A DNA stretch of 49,086 bases from a virus. A program made the translations under genes and the position numbers. The notes under the pieces were generated by a model. It had not been told where the DNA came from. It searched no databases and saw nothing but the letters and a program-made list of their open reading frames with translations. This document shows, in pieces, positions 15,490 through 23,553 of this stretch (position 1 is the first letter of the stretch; each line of letters opens with the position of its first letter). The stretch lies in the IMG/VR virus record IMGVR_UViG_3300045988_131209. One strand, given 5' to 3'.

Positions 15490-15726
15490 TAATGTATAAG
15501 GAGATTAAAGAAGGAAGCAAATTCAGGATACAAAATATTAAAATAATAATGATGGATGCTTTAGGATTTATATTCACGGTCGGAATAGTTGTAGTGGGTG
15601 GCATATTGATATGGACCAACACTAAGTCAGGTAAAAAATGGCTGGAGGGCCTATAGTGTTTTGCTTCGGTAAATGCAATTAGCAATTGCCAATAAAAGCC
15701 ACGAAATATGGCAAGATGGAGCAGAA

Positions 15727-15748
15727 GTTTCGCAATTGTTTCGCAAAT
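15727..15748 (+). repeat. 2 x 11-bp tandem GTTTCGCAA(T/A)T, arm-type site candidates (P arm)
   Basis: Read directly; same unit as 15950-15993. Confidence 0.6.
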
Positions 15749-15804
15749 AGGTTTTATACTGATTTGTAACATACAATATCATAGCCGATTAGGATGTTTT
15801 GGAA

Positions 15805-15852
15805 ATTAGATTCCGGTTCTGAAGGTCGTGGGTTTGAATCCCACCCTGGTCA
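15805..15852 (+). other. attP core: 3' part (anticodon arm to discriminator) of a tRNA-Arg(CCG)
   Basis: TTAGA-TTCCGGT-TCTGA anticodon arm (anticodon CCG), AGGTC variable loop, GTGGG-TTTGAAT-CCCAC T arm, CCTGGTC-A acceptor; no matching 5' acceptor strand upstream. Confidence 0.7.
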
Positions 15853-15882
15853 CAGGTTTAAAAATCAATGTTTTAGACATTT

Positions 15883-15920
15883 AAGCCGTATTTCTTTTAT
15901 AGATTTACGGCTTTTATTTT
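15883..15920 (+). terminator. Rho-independent terminator after the tRNA fragment
   Basis: AAGCCGTA-N15-TACGGCTT followed by TTATTTT. Confidence 0.55.
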
Positions 15921-15949
15921 GTTCACTTTTGCTCAAAATCGCTACATTT

Positions 15950-15993
15950 GTTTCGCAATTGTTTCGCAATTGTTTCGCAATTGTTTCGCAAAA
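15950..15993 (+). repeat. 4 x 11-bp tandem GTTTCGCAATT, arm-type sites (P' arm) / int leader operator
   Basis: Read directly; begins at the last base of a TACATTTG -7 box (15943-15950) and ends 13 nt before the int ATG. Confidence 0.65.
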
Positions 15994-16006
15994 AAAGAAT
16001 AAGGAT

Positions 16007-17233
16007 ATGGCAACATTTAAAGCAGAAGTGCAGAAGCAACGGAAAGATGGGACTTTTAATATAAAGATACTTGTCACTCATAACAGGCAGCTAAAGAGAT
16101 TGCCGACCGGCATTTACATAACCAAGGATGATATGACACGATCCGGCAAAATCAAAAACCAAAAAATACTGGATCAGATAGATGATTTAATAATGCGTTA
16201 CAGGAAGAAGACTAATGAGCTATCTGTTGCAATAAACAACATGTCTATCGATAAGCTGGCAAGATATCTATGCGAACCGGAGGTTGTCTCTATTGACTTC
16301 TTGGAAGTGTTCCGGGATTACATAGACGAAAATCCGGATAAGAAAGGGGTGAGGAATTACAAATCAGCTCTAAATTCCCTCGTCAAATTCCTTGGAAGAA
16401 ACAGTCTGGATATTTCAGAGATAACAGTTCCTTTCTTGGAAAAATATGCTGCTTCTCTTGGAAAAGGTCGTGCGGTGTCCTTGTATCTTGGCAGCATGAG
16501 GCATGTTTATTCTTATGCGAAGCAAAAATACAATGACGAAGACGCAAAAAGAATATTGATCCCTTATTCGCCATTTTCACGGTATAAAGTACCCCGTCAG
16601 AATGTAGCGGAAAAGAAGGCTATAAGTGCGGAGCTTATCCGAAAGATAATAGAACTTCCGTACGATGCCACTTCGCGCGGGAAAGATAAAGAGAATCGTT
16701 ATAATTTGGCAAAGGATTGCTTTATCCTGTCATTTAGCCTTATAGGCACTAACTCTGTTGATTTATATAATGCGGAGATTTACGAGAACGACGAAATTGT
16801 ATATTGCCGGACTAAAACGAAGGATCGCCGAAGCGATAAGGCAAGAATCCAAATAAAGGTGCACCCCCATATATTACCTATATTTAAAAAATACATGGAT
16901 AAAACAGGGAAAAGGGTTTTTCGCTTTTATCAGATGTATGCAGATCAATCGACATTTAATGCAGCTTTGAACAAAGGGTTGAAGGCTGTAGGGAAAAAGG
17001 TTGGCATTCCCGGCCTTAAATTTTATGCAGCCCGGCATTCCTGGGCCACAATAGCCAGGAACGACTTAAAGACGGACAAATCAACCATAGATGAGGCCCT
17101 GAATCATATAGATAAAAGATTGTCTGTTACAGACTTGTATATAAAAAAGGATTTTTCGATTATCAACGAGGTTAATAAATCGGTCTTGGACTATGTATTC
17201 AAATCCCGTAAACCTCGTAAATCCAAACAGTAA
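16007..17233 (+). CDS. int: Tyrosine integrase with N-terminal arm-DNA-binding domain
   Basis: ATG at 16007 (the track ORF's 5' extension covers the tRNA fragment); AARHSWAT, LNH and LYIKK catalytic-region motifs; N-terminus MATFKAEVQKQRKDGTFNIKILV arm-binding type. Confidence 0.85.
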   Translation: MATFKAEVQKQRKDGTFNIKILVTHNRQLKRLPTGIYITKDDMTRSGKIKNQKILDQIDDLIMRYRKKTNELSVAINNMSIDKLARYLCEPEVVSIDFLEVFRDYIDENPDKKGVRNYKSALNSLVKFLGRNSLDISEITVPFLEKYAASLGKGRAVSLYLGSMRHVYSYAKQKYNDEDAKRILIPYSPFSRYKVPRQNVAEKKAISAELIRKIIELPYDATSRGKDKENRYNLAKDCFILSFSLIGTNSVDLYNAEIYENDEIVYCRTKTKDRRSDKARIQIKVHPHILPIFKKYMDKTGKRVFRFYQMYADQSTFNAALNKGLKAVGKKVGIPGLKFYAARHSWATIARNDLKTDKSTIDEALNHIDKRLSVTDLYIKKDFSIINEVNKSVLDYVFKSRKPRKSKQ

Positions 17234-17376
17234 TGTGATTTTTGGCGGTCTCAAAAATGTTTATTGAGGTATTGTTTGATTCGTGATATTTTTATTTCTT
17301 TGTTCATCTGTAATCAATGGGAGGATTAAAATTTATAGTTTGGATATTGTTAAACTTATATAAATAATAAAAGTTC

Positions 17377-17817
17377 ATGTCTCTAATAGTATTAGTCGCG
17401 GTTTTTGCAATCCTGTTTTTTTCAGCCAAGGTATTGCTGTATTTAATCATTCATGATAATTCCAAGCGAAAACATAAGGCTGGATATTACAATCCATACA
17501 AGACAGTGGACGGTTACGAAAACCTTGAATTAAAAGGCATATATTACAGGAAACTGTCCAATCGCGATATGGGACTGTTTTATGGGTATGCCATGGCAGA
17601 ATCAGATAATCAATATGACAAATATGCGGTTTCTGTTTATAATGAAAGGGGTGTTCTTGTGGGATATGCTCCTGGTGGTAATTATTCGCTCCATGAATAT
17701 ATCTTGAAACATGGTGGAAGTGTGAGGGCTTTTGGTGCAATATGGAAAGATGAAGATGATGAAGATGAAGATGGCGAAGGGCGATTTAGAGGCCGCGTGA
17801 ACATACAATTTGATTAA
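17377..17817 (+). CDS. Membrane-anchored HIRAN-domain protein with acidic tail
   Basis: N-terminal TM LIVLVAVFAILFFSAKVLLYLII; HIRAN motifs LKGIYYR and AESDNQYDKYAVSVYNERGVLVGYAP; DEDDEDEDGEG tail. Confidence 0.65.
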   Translation: MSLIVLVAVFAILFFSAKVLLYLIIHDNSKRKHKAGYYNPYKTVDGYENLELKGIYYRKLSNRDMGLFYGYAMAESDNQYDKYAVSVYNERGVLVGYAPGGNYSLHEYILKHGGSVRAFGAIWKDEDDEDEDGEGRFRGRVNIQFD

Positions 17818-17854
17818 TCGTTATAGATAAAGGTAATTAAAATAATAATCAAAT

Positions 17855-18313
17855 ATGAAACGTATCAAGATTTTTACTATGCTATTAGTGTTAGTAGGTG
17901 CATGTGGGTGTTCTGCAATTAAATATCCATATATCCAAGATGCAGGGATGATCGACTATTCAAAGTATGCCGAAAAGGGATTTTTCATTACAGAATCTAA
18001 CTCTGTTAGTTTTGAATATATTCCTATCGGAAGCGTATCGGCCCGCTCCGTGAGTGGTTATGAGGCGGTTGGCATAAAAACTGGTAAAGAGTTATTAGGC
18101 GATGATATTTACCCTGTAAATCGCGACGAGAAAGCGAAAATAAAATATGGTAAGTTTATCGAAGGCACACCAGAAAGGGCGATAGAAGAGCTATATAAAA
18201 AGGCTGTAAAATGGAAGGCGAACGGAATCATCGGATTAACAATAACGCCGATAACAACCACTAATCCCGTATCAGAAGGTTTTTTTGTTACAGGCATGGC
18301 GATAAGAAAATGA
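17855..18313 (+). CDS. Lipoprotein with YbjQ/UPF0145-like C-terminal domain
   Basis: Signal peptide + lipobox LVGAC|G; C-terminus ANGIIGLTITPIT...GFFVTGMAIRK resembles UPF0145. Confidence 0.55.
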   Translation: MKRIKIFTMLLVLVGACGCSAIKYPYIQDAGMIDYSKYAEKGFFITESNSVSFEYIPIGSVSARSVSGYEAVGIKTGKELLGDDIYPVNRDEKAKIKYGKFIEGTPERAIEELYKKAVKWKANGIIGLTITPITTTNPVSEGFFVTGMAIRK

Positions 18314-18489
18314 TCATGAAAGCGTATTTTGTTATAGCGATGCTCTTTGAGCTGTTTTTGGTGTTGTACACGGGGGAGATGGTAGATAGAGGGCTTATCG
18401 GAACCGCGGTTACTACCGGATTATGCGCTATAATATTGGCGATAATTTGTGAGGCGTATATTGTGGTATGGGGACTCAAAAAGAAGTAG
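18310..18489 (+). CDS. Small two-TM membrane protein (59 aa, below track cutoff)
   Basis: ATGA overlap with the lipoprotein stop; MIMKAYFVIAMLFELFLVLY...GLCAIILAIICEAYIVVWGLKKK. Confidence 0.45.
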   Translation: MIMKAYFVIAMLFELFLVLYTGEMVDRGLIGTAVTTGLCAIILAIICEAYIVVWGLKKK

Positions 18490-18644
18490 GGGGATTATCA
18501 CCGGTACTATCACCGATATATACCCCTTTGATAAAAAATGCCCGAGCATCACTGCCCAGGCATTTTAAAAAAAATAAAAAAGTACATGAAATACATGCAC
18601 TTGGCAAATATATAAATTTATTTCGTAATTTAATATCACGAAGG

Positions 18645-18830
18645 TCATTCTTTTATGACAAGCTCTATATTGAGATATTCCAATATAGACTCAATCTTAT
18701 TTTGTCCCAGGTTCATTTTCCCGTTAAGGAATAGGGACATCGCGCTTTCCGAAAGCCCAATGTGCTCCGCAAGGTCTTTGCTTTTTACCTTGCGGAGCTT
18801 CATAGCCTCTTTTACAATATCTCTTATCAT
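18645..18830 (-). CDS. Small XRE-family HTH protein (Aca-like / antitoxin-like), cassette 1
   Basis: 61 aa, KSKDLAEHIGLSESAMSLFLNGK HTH. Confidence 0.7.
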   Translation of the reverse strand: MIRDIVKEAMKLRKVKSKDLAEHIGLSESAMSLFLNGKMNLGQNKIESILEYLNIELVIKE

Positions 18831-18832
18831 GA

Positions 18833-19117
18833 TTAAAAAACAACAATTTGGAGTTTGTAGCCGTTATTATCTGAAAATTGGTATACTTCGCAATTTTCAT
18901 TGCAATATTCGGACTCTTTTATGTCATCGCAAGCATCGACAAGCCCATCAAATGATGAGCCTTCTAATTCGGAGATAAAGTTGTTGATAATGTCATCATC
19001 TTGATTCTGCATAATATCAAGCCCGGAACCACCGTTGCCCAATGTTGCCAATACCAAAGAGTTGTTGCTTGACAATTCACTCTTTACAAATTCTATAACT
19101 TCCTTTTTTGTTCTCAT
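18833..19117 (-). CDS. Strongly acidic 94-aa protein (18 D/E vs 6 K/R), cassette 1
   Basis: Counted from the translation; no recognised domain; 2 nt upstream of the HTH gene. Confidence 0.55.
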   Translation of the reverse strand: MRTKKEVIEFVKSELSSNNSLVLATLGNGGSGLDIMQNQDDDIINNFISELEGSSFDGLVDACDDIKESEYCNENCEVYQFSDNNGYKLQIVVF

Positions 19118-19146
19118 GACTATTTATTTTTAATTGTTATTACTTG

Positions 19147-19170
19147 TTTTTGATTACACTACAAAGATAC
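19147..19170 (-). promoter_or_regulatory. Promoter copy 1: 24-bp identical block containing -7 box TATCTTTG
   Basis: TTTTTGATTACACTACAAAGATAC identical to 20071-20094. Upstream (minus sense) 2 x TTTAAGTAATACCAAA at 19177-19192 and 19210-19225. Confidence 0.55.
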
Positions 19171-19277
19171 GAAAAGTTTAAGTAATACCAAACTTTTAAA
19201 GGTGAAAAATTTAAGTAATACCAAATATTTAACATTTAGATGGTAATTCAATGTGTTAATTTCCGCCTATATCACCA

Positions 19278-19493
19278 TCAGACTAAATCGACTTTTTTTC
19301 CGAGTACGTTTGCTATGCTTTCAAGCAGGTCAAGCCGGACGGCGAATTTGCCCGCTTCGATCCGGTAAATAGTGCTTTGGGCTATGCCACAACGCGCCGC
19401 GAGATCGCGTTGTGATAAACCCGCTTGTTTTCTTAAATCTTCAATCCTTCGACCGATGCGTATTCGGTCGTTTAACTCGTAATTATCTTCCAT
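19278..19493 (-). CDS. Small XRE-family HTH protein (Aca-like), cassette 2
   Basis: 71 aa, LRKQAGLSQRDLAARCGIAQSTIYRIEAGK. Confidence 0.75.
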   Translation of the reverse strand: MEDNYELNDRIRIGRRIEDLRKQAGLSQRDLAARCGIAQSTIYRIEAGKFAVRLDLLESIANVLGKKVDLV

Positions 19494-19497
19494 ATTT

Positions 19498-20028
19498 TTA
19501 TTTATTAATTAGTTTTTCCACTGCTTTTACATAAGGAGCTGTTTTTTGTCTCTCCATGTAAGCTACATACTGTTTTGCTATATGTTCTTCCAGTCTATTG
19601 GCTTCTTGATCGGCTTCGGGGGATATTTTTCTTAATTCGGGGATATTGTATGTCATTCCGTCAATAACATACTCAAAACCGTTTAACAGGGCTGTCCATC
19701 CGTTTACCTCAAACTTAAAATCGCTGATTTTGCCCGTGTGAACAAGTTCAACAGCTTCTTCTAATGTCGGTACTGTTTCTTCTTTTTTTTCTTCTTCTTC
19801 CTGTTTTTCAGGTTCGTTCTCAACAAACTCAAAGACAACAGCTGCATTAAATTTTGATTGTCTTCTACCCGAATAGCATACGGAAGTAAAATTAGAATAA
19901 AACTCGTCAAATTCAGCCTGAGAATCGAAGTCTTTAGACCATGTTTTTGTAGACGGATCGTAAACGAATCCTTGGTTCTTCAGGCTTTCTTTTGCATTGA
20001 ATGTGTTTTTAACTGCTATTGCTTTCAT
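19498..20028 (-). CDS. Acidic 176-aa protein with poly-E linker, cassette 2
   Basis: ENEPEKQEEEEKKEETVPTLEE linker between two small domains; no recognised family. Confidence 0.55.
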   Translation of the reverse strand: MKAIAVKNTFNAKESLKNQGFVYDPSTKTWSKDFDSQAEFDEFYSNFTSVCYSGRRQSKFNAAVVFEFVENEPEKQEEEEKKEETVPTLEEAVELVHTGKISDFKFEVNGWTALLNGFEYVIDGMTYNIPELRKISPEADQEANRLEEHIAKQYVAYMERQKTAPYVKAVEKLINK

Positions 20029-20070
20029 TTTCTTACGCCGCTTATAGGTTGCCGCCCTGTTCTAATTGTT

Positions 20071-20094
20071 TTTTTGATTACACTACAAAGATAC
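20071..20094 (-). promoter_or_regulatory. Promoter copy 2 (same 24-bp block, -7 TATCTTTG) with adjacent 12-bp palindrome
   Basis: Identical to 19147-19170; TGCAAATTTGCA perfect palindrome at 20111-20122; AAATATTTAACA shared at 19223 and 20147. Confidence 0.55.
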
Positions 20095-20332
20095 AACTTT
20101 TTTATTTGAATGCAAATTTGCAGTCAAATATTTTTCGAGAAACGTAAATATTTAACACTGTTTAAATGTTTGGCGTTGCGGGGTATCCCGATTTGTAGCC
20201 CTAAGACGACAAAGGTATTTTTTCAAACAAAATGATAAGTAATGATAGGATATGATATAAAATGAAATGTTCAAAATGTATAATTAACTGTATTTTAGCA
20301 ATAAGTAATTTGTTATTTAGACTAATTCTAAA

Positions 20333-20340
20333 TAACTTTG
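20333..20340 (+). promoter_or_regulatory. -7 box TAACTTTG, candidate promoter of the rightward late operon
   Basis: Exact TAnnTTTG in the 400-bp divergent intergenic region. Confidence 0.4.
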
Positions 20341-20430
20341 TGTCAGTTTCATGGCTGCGGTATTTGTTGTTTTGATAATTTAACTATAGTTAAACGCGGA
20401 CACGAAACAAATTGTAGGATAGCGATTTAA

Positions 20431-20826
20431 TTGATTTTGCCGGACAAGAAAATGAAAAAAACGGATATATTTTCGATCAGGGTAGACTCTAACGACAGGT
20501 TAAGGATGGAAGAGTTAGCAAAGGTTTCCGGCGTGCCTGTTTCGTCCATAGTCAAGTTTGGCATATCACGGCTGCTGTCAGAAGTATATGACACCGACGG
20601 TAACCTGTTATCCCCGCTATCCGTCGGTGCAGCACGCAGGATTGACGCTAAAGATGGTTACTTTGAAATCGGCGTCATCTGTAAGACATTAGGCATTAGC
20701 AGGGATGCCATGCGAAAAATGGTTGTGCGTCGTGCTGTGCCATCTATCAGGTTGGGCAAAAAACTATATGTATCGTATAAAATAATTGAGTTATATGGCA
20801 AGGACAAACATGACGCGAGAGGGTGA
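20431..20826 (+). CDS. DNA-binding protein (RHH-like N-terminus + HTH_17-like C-terminus), first late-operon gene
   Basis: IFSIRVDSNDRLRMEELAKVSGVPVSSIVKFGISRLL and ICKTLGISRDAMRKMVVRRAVPSIRLGKKLYV; start may be the ATG at 20452. Confidence 0.5.
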   Translation: MILPDKKMKKTDIFSIRVDSNDRLRMEELAKVSGVPVSSIVKFGISRLLSEVYDTDGNLLSPLSVGAARRIDAKDGYFEIGVICKTLGISRDAMRKMVVRRAVPSIRLGKKLYVSYKIIELYGKDKHDARG

Positions 20827-21118
20827 TTGCGGTGTCCGGACAAAAGAGCTGATTGCGAGATATTACCTTACCCTTATGGGTGAGTTTAGGACGGGCAGCG
20901 GTATGTTATACCTGTCAATGGACAGCGCAGATATGTTTCACAATGCTATTACGCTGATATTGCAGGATAACGGTTTTAAAAAGCTGGTGACGGACGAAGA
21001 CATAATGAAGAAGATCAGGGCGAGGATAAGAGCTGTGATAAGCGAGATAAAACAAGATCATCACACTTTAAAACTGGAAGAGTATGCCGACAATTTACAA
21101 GCCAAAGAAGAAGAGTGA
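20786..21118 (+). CDS. Hypothetical protein
   Basis: 110-aa ORF, start uncertain. Confidence 0.45.
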   Translation: MSYMARTNMTREGDCGVRTKELIARYYLTLMGEFRTGSGMLYLSMDSADMFHNAITLILQDNGFKKLVTDEDIMKKIRARIRAVISEIKQDHHTLKLEEYADNLQAKEEE

Positions 21119-21392
21119 TAACAGCTACACCAGGAAAGAAAGGATGGCGGTGTATAATACTGCCAGGTGGAAGAGGTTAAGACTTGTCAAGCTAAGGGAC
21201 AATCCCCTGTGTGAGGTGTGCGAAAAGAAAGGGATAACAAAGATGGCTGATGACGTACACCATATCCAATCGTTTATGTCTGTGGATAATCCCGAAGCAA
21301 GAAAGGCGTTGGCCTTTGACTATGATAATTTGATGAGCTTGTGTGACGAATGCCATTCTGAGATACACAAAAGAAAGCGTTCGAGAGGTTAA
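21084..21392 (+). CDS. HNH endonuclease (packaging-associated)
   Basis: CEVCEKKG...VHHI...LMSLCDECHSEIH. Confidence 0.85.
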   Translation: MPTIYKPKKKSDNSYTRKERMAVYNTARWKRLRLVKLRDNPLCEVCEKKGITKMADDVHHIQSFMSVDNPEARKALAFDYDNLMSLCDECHSEIHKRKRSRG

Positions 21393-21533
21393 TAGGTGGA
21401 AGTTAGAGGGTTAACAGGGATACCCCCCCCCCGGCATTTTTTTAGGGCAAAGGATGCCTAAAACCACCACCGACTGAACTTCACACGCACGGCATTTTTT
21501 GAAAAAAGCCAAACATTTTAAATTTGTTAAATC
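21393..21533 (+). promoter_or_regulatory. Candidate cos/terminase-recognition region
   Basis: Between HNH and terS; C10 run 21423-21432; CGGCATTTTTT repeated at 21432-21442 and 21490-21500; small hairpins. Confidence 0.35.
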
Positions 21534-21938
21534 ATGGGCAAGTATTGTATCGTGGGCGGTAAGGCGACAATCTCCTTCCAGCTCCCCAAAACAATCAAGT
21601 ATAAGGAGACGCGCAGGGTCATTTGCAGCATTATCCGTGACCTTAGTGACAATGGCGGGTTGACTGTTGGCGATATCCCCCAATTACACCGTATGGCGAC
21701 GGCGTATGATAGCTACCTTAATTGCGTGGAGGTCATATCAGAAAAGGGAATGACAATGACCAATCTTAAAGGCGAGGTGGTGAAACGTCCGGAGGTGAAC
21801 ATCTTGAAAGAAAGTTGGTCGCAATATCTTGACATTGCAAAAGAGTACGGGTTTACGCCAAGGAGTCGGAAAATGACAAAAGGAATTGTTGAGAGCAAGG
21901 AGGAAACGGATGCGGATGATTTCTTCAACGGGAAATAA
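21534..21938 (+). CDS. terS: Terminase small subunit, P27 family
   Basis: 134 aa; ...EKGMTMTNLKGEVVKRPEVNILKESWSQYLDIAKEYGFTPRSRKM typical P27-family C-terminus. Confidence 0.8.
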   Translation: MGKYCIVGGKATISFQLPKTIKYKETRRVICSIIRDLSDNGGLTVGDIPQLHRMATAYDSYLNCVEVISEKGMTMTNLKGEVVKRPEVNILKESWSQYLDIAKEYGFTPRSRKMTKGIVESKEETDADDFFNGK

Positions 21939-23550
21939 GCCATATCTACAATACCCTGCCGATGTGCTGTCCGGCAAGGTGGTAGCCGGTGAACATATCC
22001 GCTTGGCTTGTGAGCGGTTCTTTTATTTGATGGAAGATGATCGCTATGAATTTAGGCCGGAATGCGTGGACAATGTGATAAGGCTATTTCACCATCTGAA
22101 GCATTTCAAAGGCCGGCATTCTGGCAGCCCGTTTATACTGGAACCGTGGCAAGCGTGGATCGTTGCCAGTATTTACGGCTTTTACAACCTATCCGATGGA
22201 AGCCGGCTAACGCAAACGGTCTACATAGAGGTAGCTCGAAAGAACGGAAAAACCGCACTTGCTGCCGGGATTGGATTAAACGCCTTGTTTAATGATGGGG
22301 AAGATGGCGCAGAGGTTTATTTTGCTGCCAACTCAAAGGATCAGGTAAAGATATCAGCATGGCCGCTATGCTCCAACTTTGCAAAAACGTTTGACCCGAA
22401 AGAAAAATACCTGAAGGTTTTTCGTGACACTATTAATTTTGACAAAAAATTGTCTTGGTTAAAAGTGTTGGCGGCTGACTCGACAAAGCTCGACGGCCCT
22501 AATCCGTCAACCTTTATTTTGGACGAATATCATGCAGCCAAAACCAACAGTTTGAAAGCCGTGTTGGAGTCCGGGCAGGGAACGCGTGAAAACCCGCTTG
22601 AAATAATCATTACGACTGCCGGATTCGACAAGCTAGGCCCATGTTACGAGCTTCGCACGACGGGCACGGAGATACTTAACGGATTGAAAGAGGATGATTC
22701 TTTTTTTATTGCTATTTATTCGCTTGATAAAGATGATGATTGGAAGGACGAAAAAGTTTGGATAAAGAGCAATCCCAACATGGACGTAACGGTAAAGTCC
22801 TCATACCTGAGAAAAGAAGTCCGAAAGGCCATGAACACACCCTCGGATGAGGTGAATGTAAAAACCAAGAACTTGAACCTATGGTGCGATAGCGCAGATG
22901 TGTGGATACCGGATGATTACATACTATCATGCTCCAGCCATATCGACTTTGACACTTTTACCGATCGGGATGATTGCTATGCCGGAATAGACCTTTCGGC
23001 AACGTCTGACCTTGCCTGCGTGTCCTTTATGTTTCCAAAAGAAAAATTTTACTTTAAGACGTTGTATTATTTGCCTGAAGAAGCCCTGCTTACGAAGAAA
23101 AACAAGGAACAATATAGCGAATGGGTACGTAATGGATATTTGAAGCTGACACCCGGAAATGTCGTTGACTATGATTATATCCTGGACGACCTTTTGCGGA
23201 TGGATAAACGTTTTTACCTGACGAAGGTTGGTTATGACTCCTGGAATGCCACCCAATTTGTGATCAATGCGACAGACGAAGGGTTGGCGATGGAACCGGT
23301 TAGTCAATCTATCGGCAATTTTAACCGTCCGACAAAAGAGATGGAACGAATAATACTGTCCGGCAACGCCGTGATAGACAACAATCCTATTACCCGCTTT
23401 TGCTTTAAAAATGTCGTAATGAAGATAGACAGCAACGGCAATACCAAGCCGTCCAAGGAATATAAAGATAAGAAGATCGACGGCGTTATAGCCATGATTG
23501 AGGCATTAGGCGTGTACCTGCTTACACCACAGTACAGCAACACTATTTGA
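21910..23550 (+). CDS. terL: Terminase large subunit (Terminase_1 family)
   Basis: HFKGRHSGSPFILEPWQAWIV, Walker A-like VARKNGKTALAAG, ILDEYH; start among the ATGs 21886-21916. Confidence 0.9.
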   Translation: MRMISSTGNKPYLQYPADVLSGKVVAGEHIRLACERFFYLMEDDRYEFRPECVDNVIRLFHHLKHFKGRHSGSPFILEPWQAWIVASIYGFYNLSDGSRLTQTVYIEVARKNGKTALAAGIGLNALFNDGEDGAEVYFAANSKDQVKISAWPLCSNFAKTFDPKEKYLKVFRDTINFDKKLSWLKVLAADSTKLDGPNPSTFILDEYHAAKTNSLKAVLESGQGTRENPLEIIITTAGFDKLGPCYELRTTGTEILNGLKEDDSFFIAIYSLDKDDDWKDEKVWIKSNPNMDVTVKSSYLRKEVRKAMNTPSDEVNVKTKNLNLWCDSADVWIPDDYILSCSSHIDFDTFTDRDDCYAGIDLSATSDLACVSFMFPKEKFYFKTLYYLPEEALLTKKNKEQYSEWVRNGYLKLTPGNVVDYDYILDDLLRMDKRFYLTKVGYDSWNATQFVINATDEGLAMEPVSQSIGNFNRPTKEMERIILSGNAVIDNNPITRFCFKNVVMKIDSNGNTKPSKEYKDKKIDGVIAMIEALGVYLLTPQYSNTI

Positions 23551-23553
23551 TAT

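Noticed and set aside
15437-15772. 111-aa minus-strand ORF near attP
   Set aside because: It runs antisense to the rightward lysogeny genes and across the arm-site repeats. A 35-aa plus-strand TM ORF (15549-15656) is at least as plausible, but it is too short to call.
15950-15993. Mini CRISPR array or other spacer-repeat structure
   Set aside because: These are four contiguous 11-bp units with no spacers, located in the int leader next to attP. No cas genes are present.
15794-16006. 5' extension of the integrase ORF (479 aa in the ORF track)
   Set aside because: The extension translates the tRNA fragment, the terminator and the 11-bp repeats. The first ATG with an arm-binding-domain-like N-terminus is at 16007.
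18535-18566. Bidirectional terminator between the moron trio and cassette 1
   Set aside because: The AAAATGCC-N16-GGCATTTT stem is AT-rich with a large loop. It is plausible but too weak to annotate as a feature, so it is only mentioned in the moron finding.
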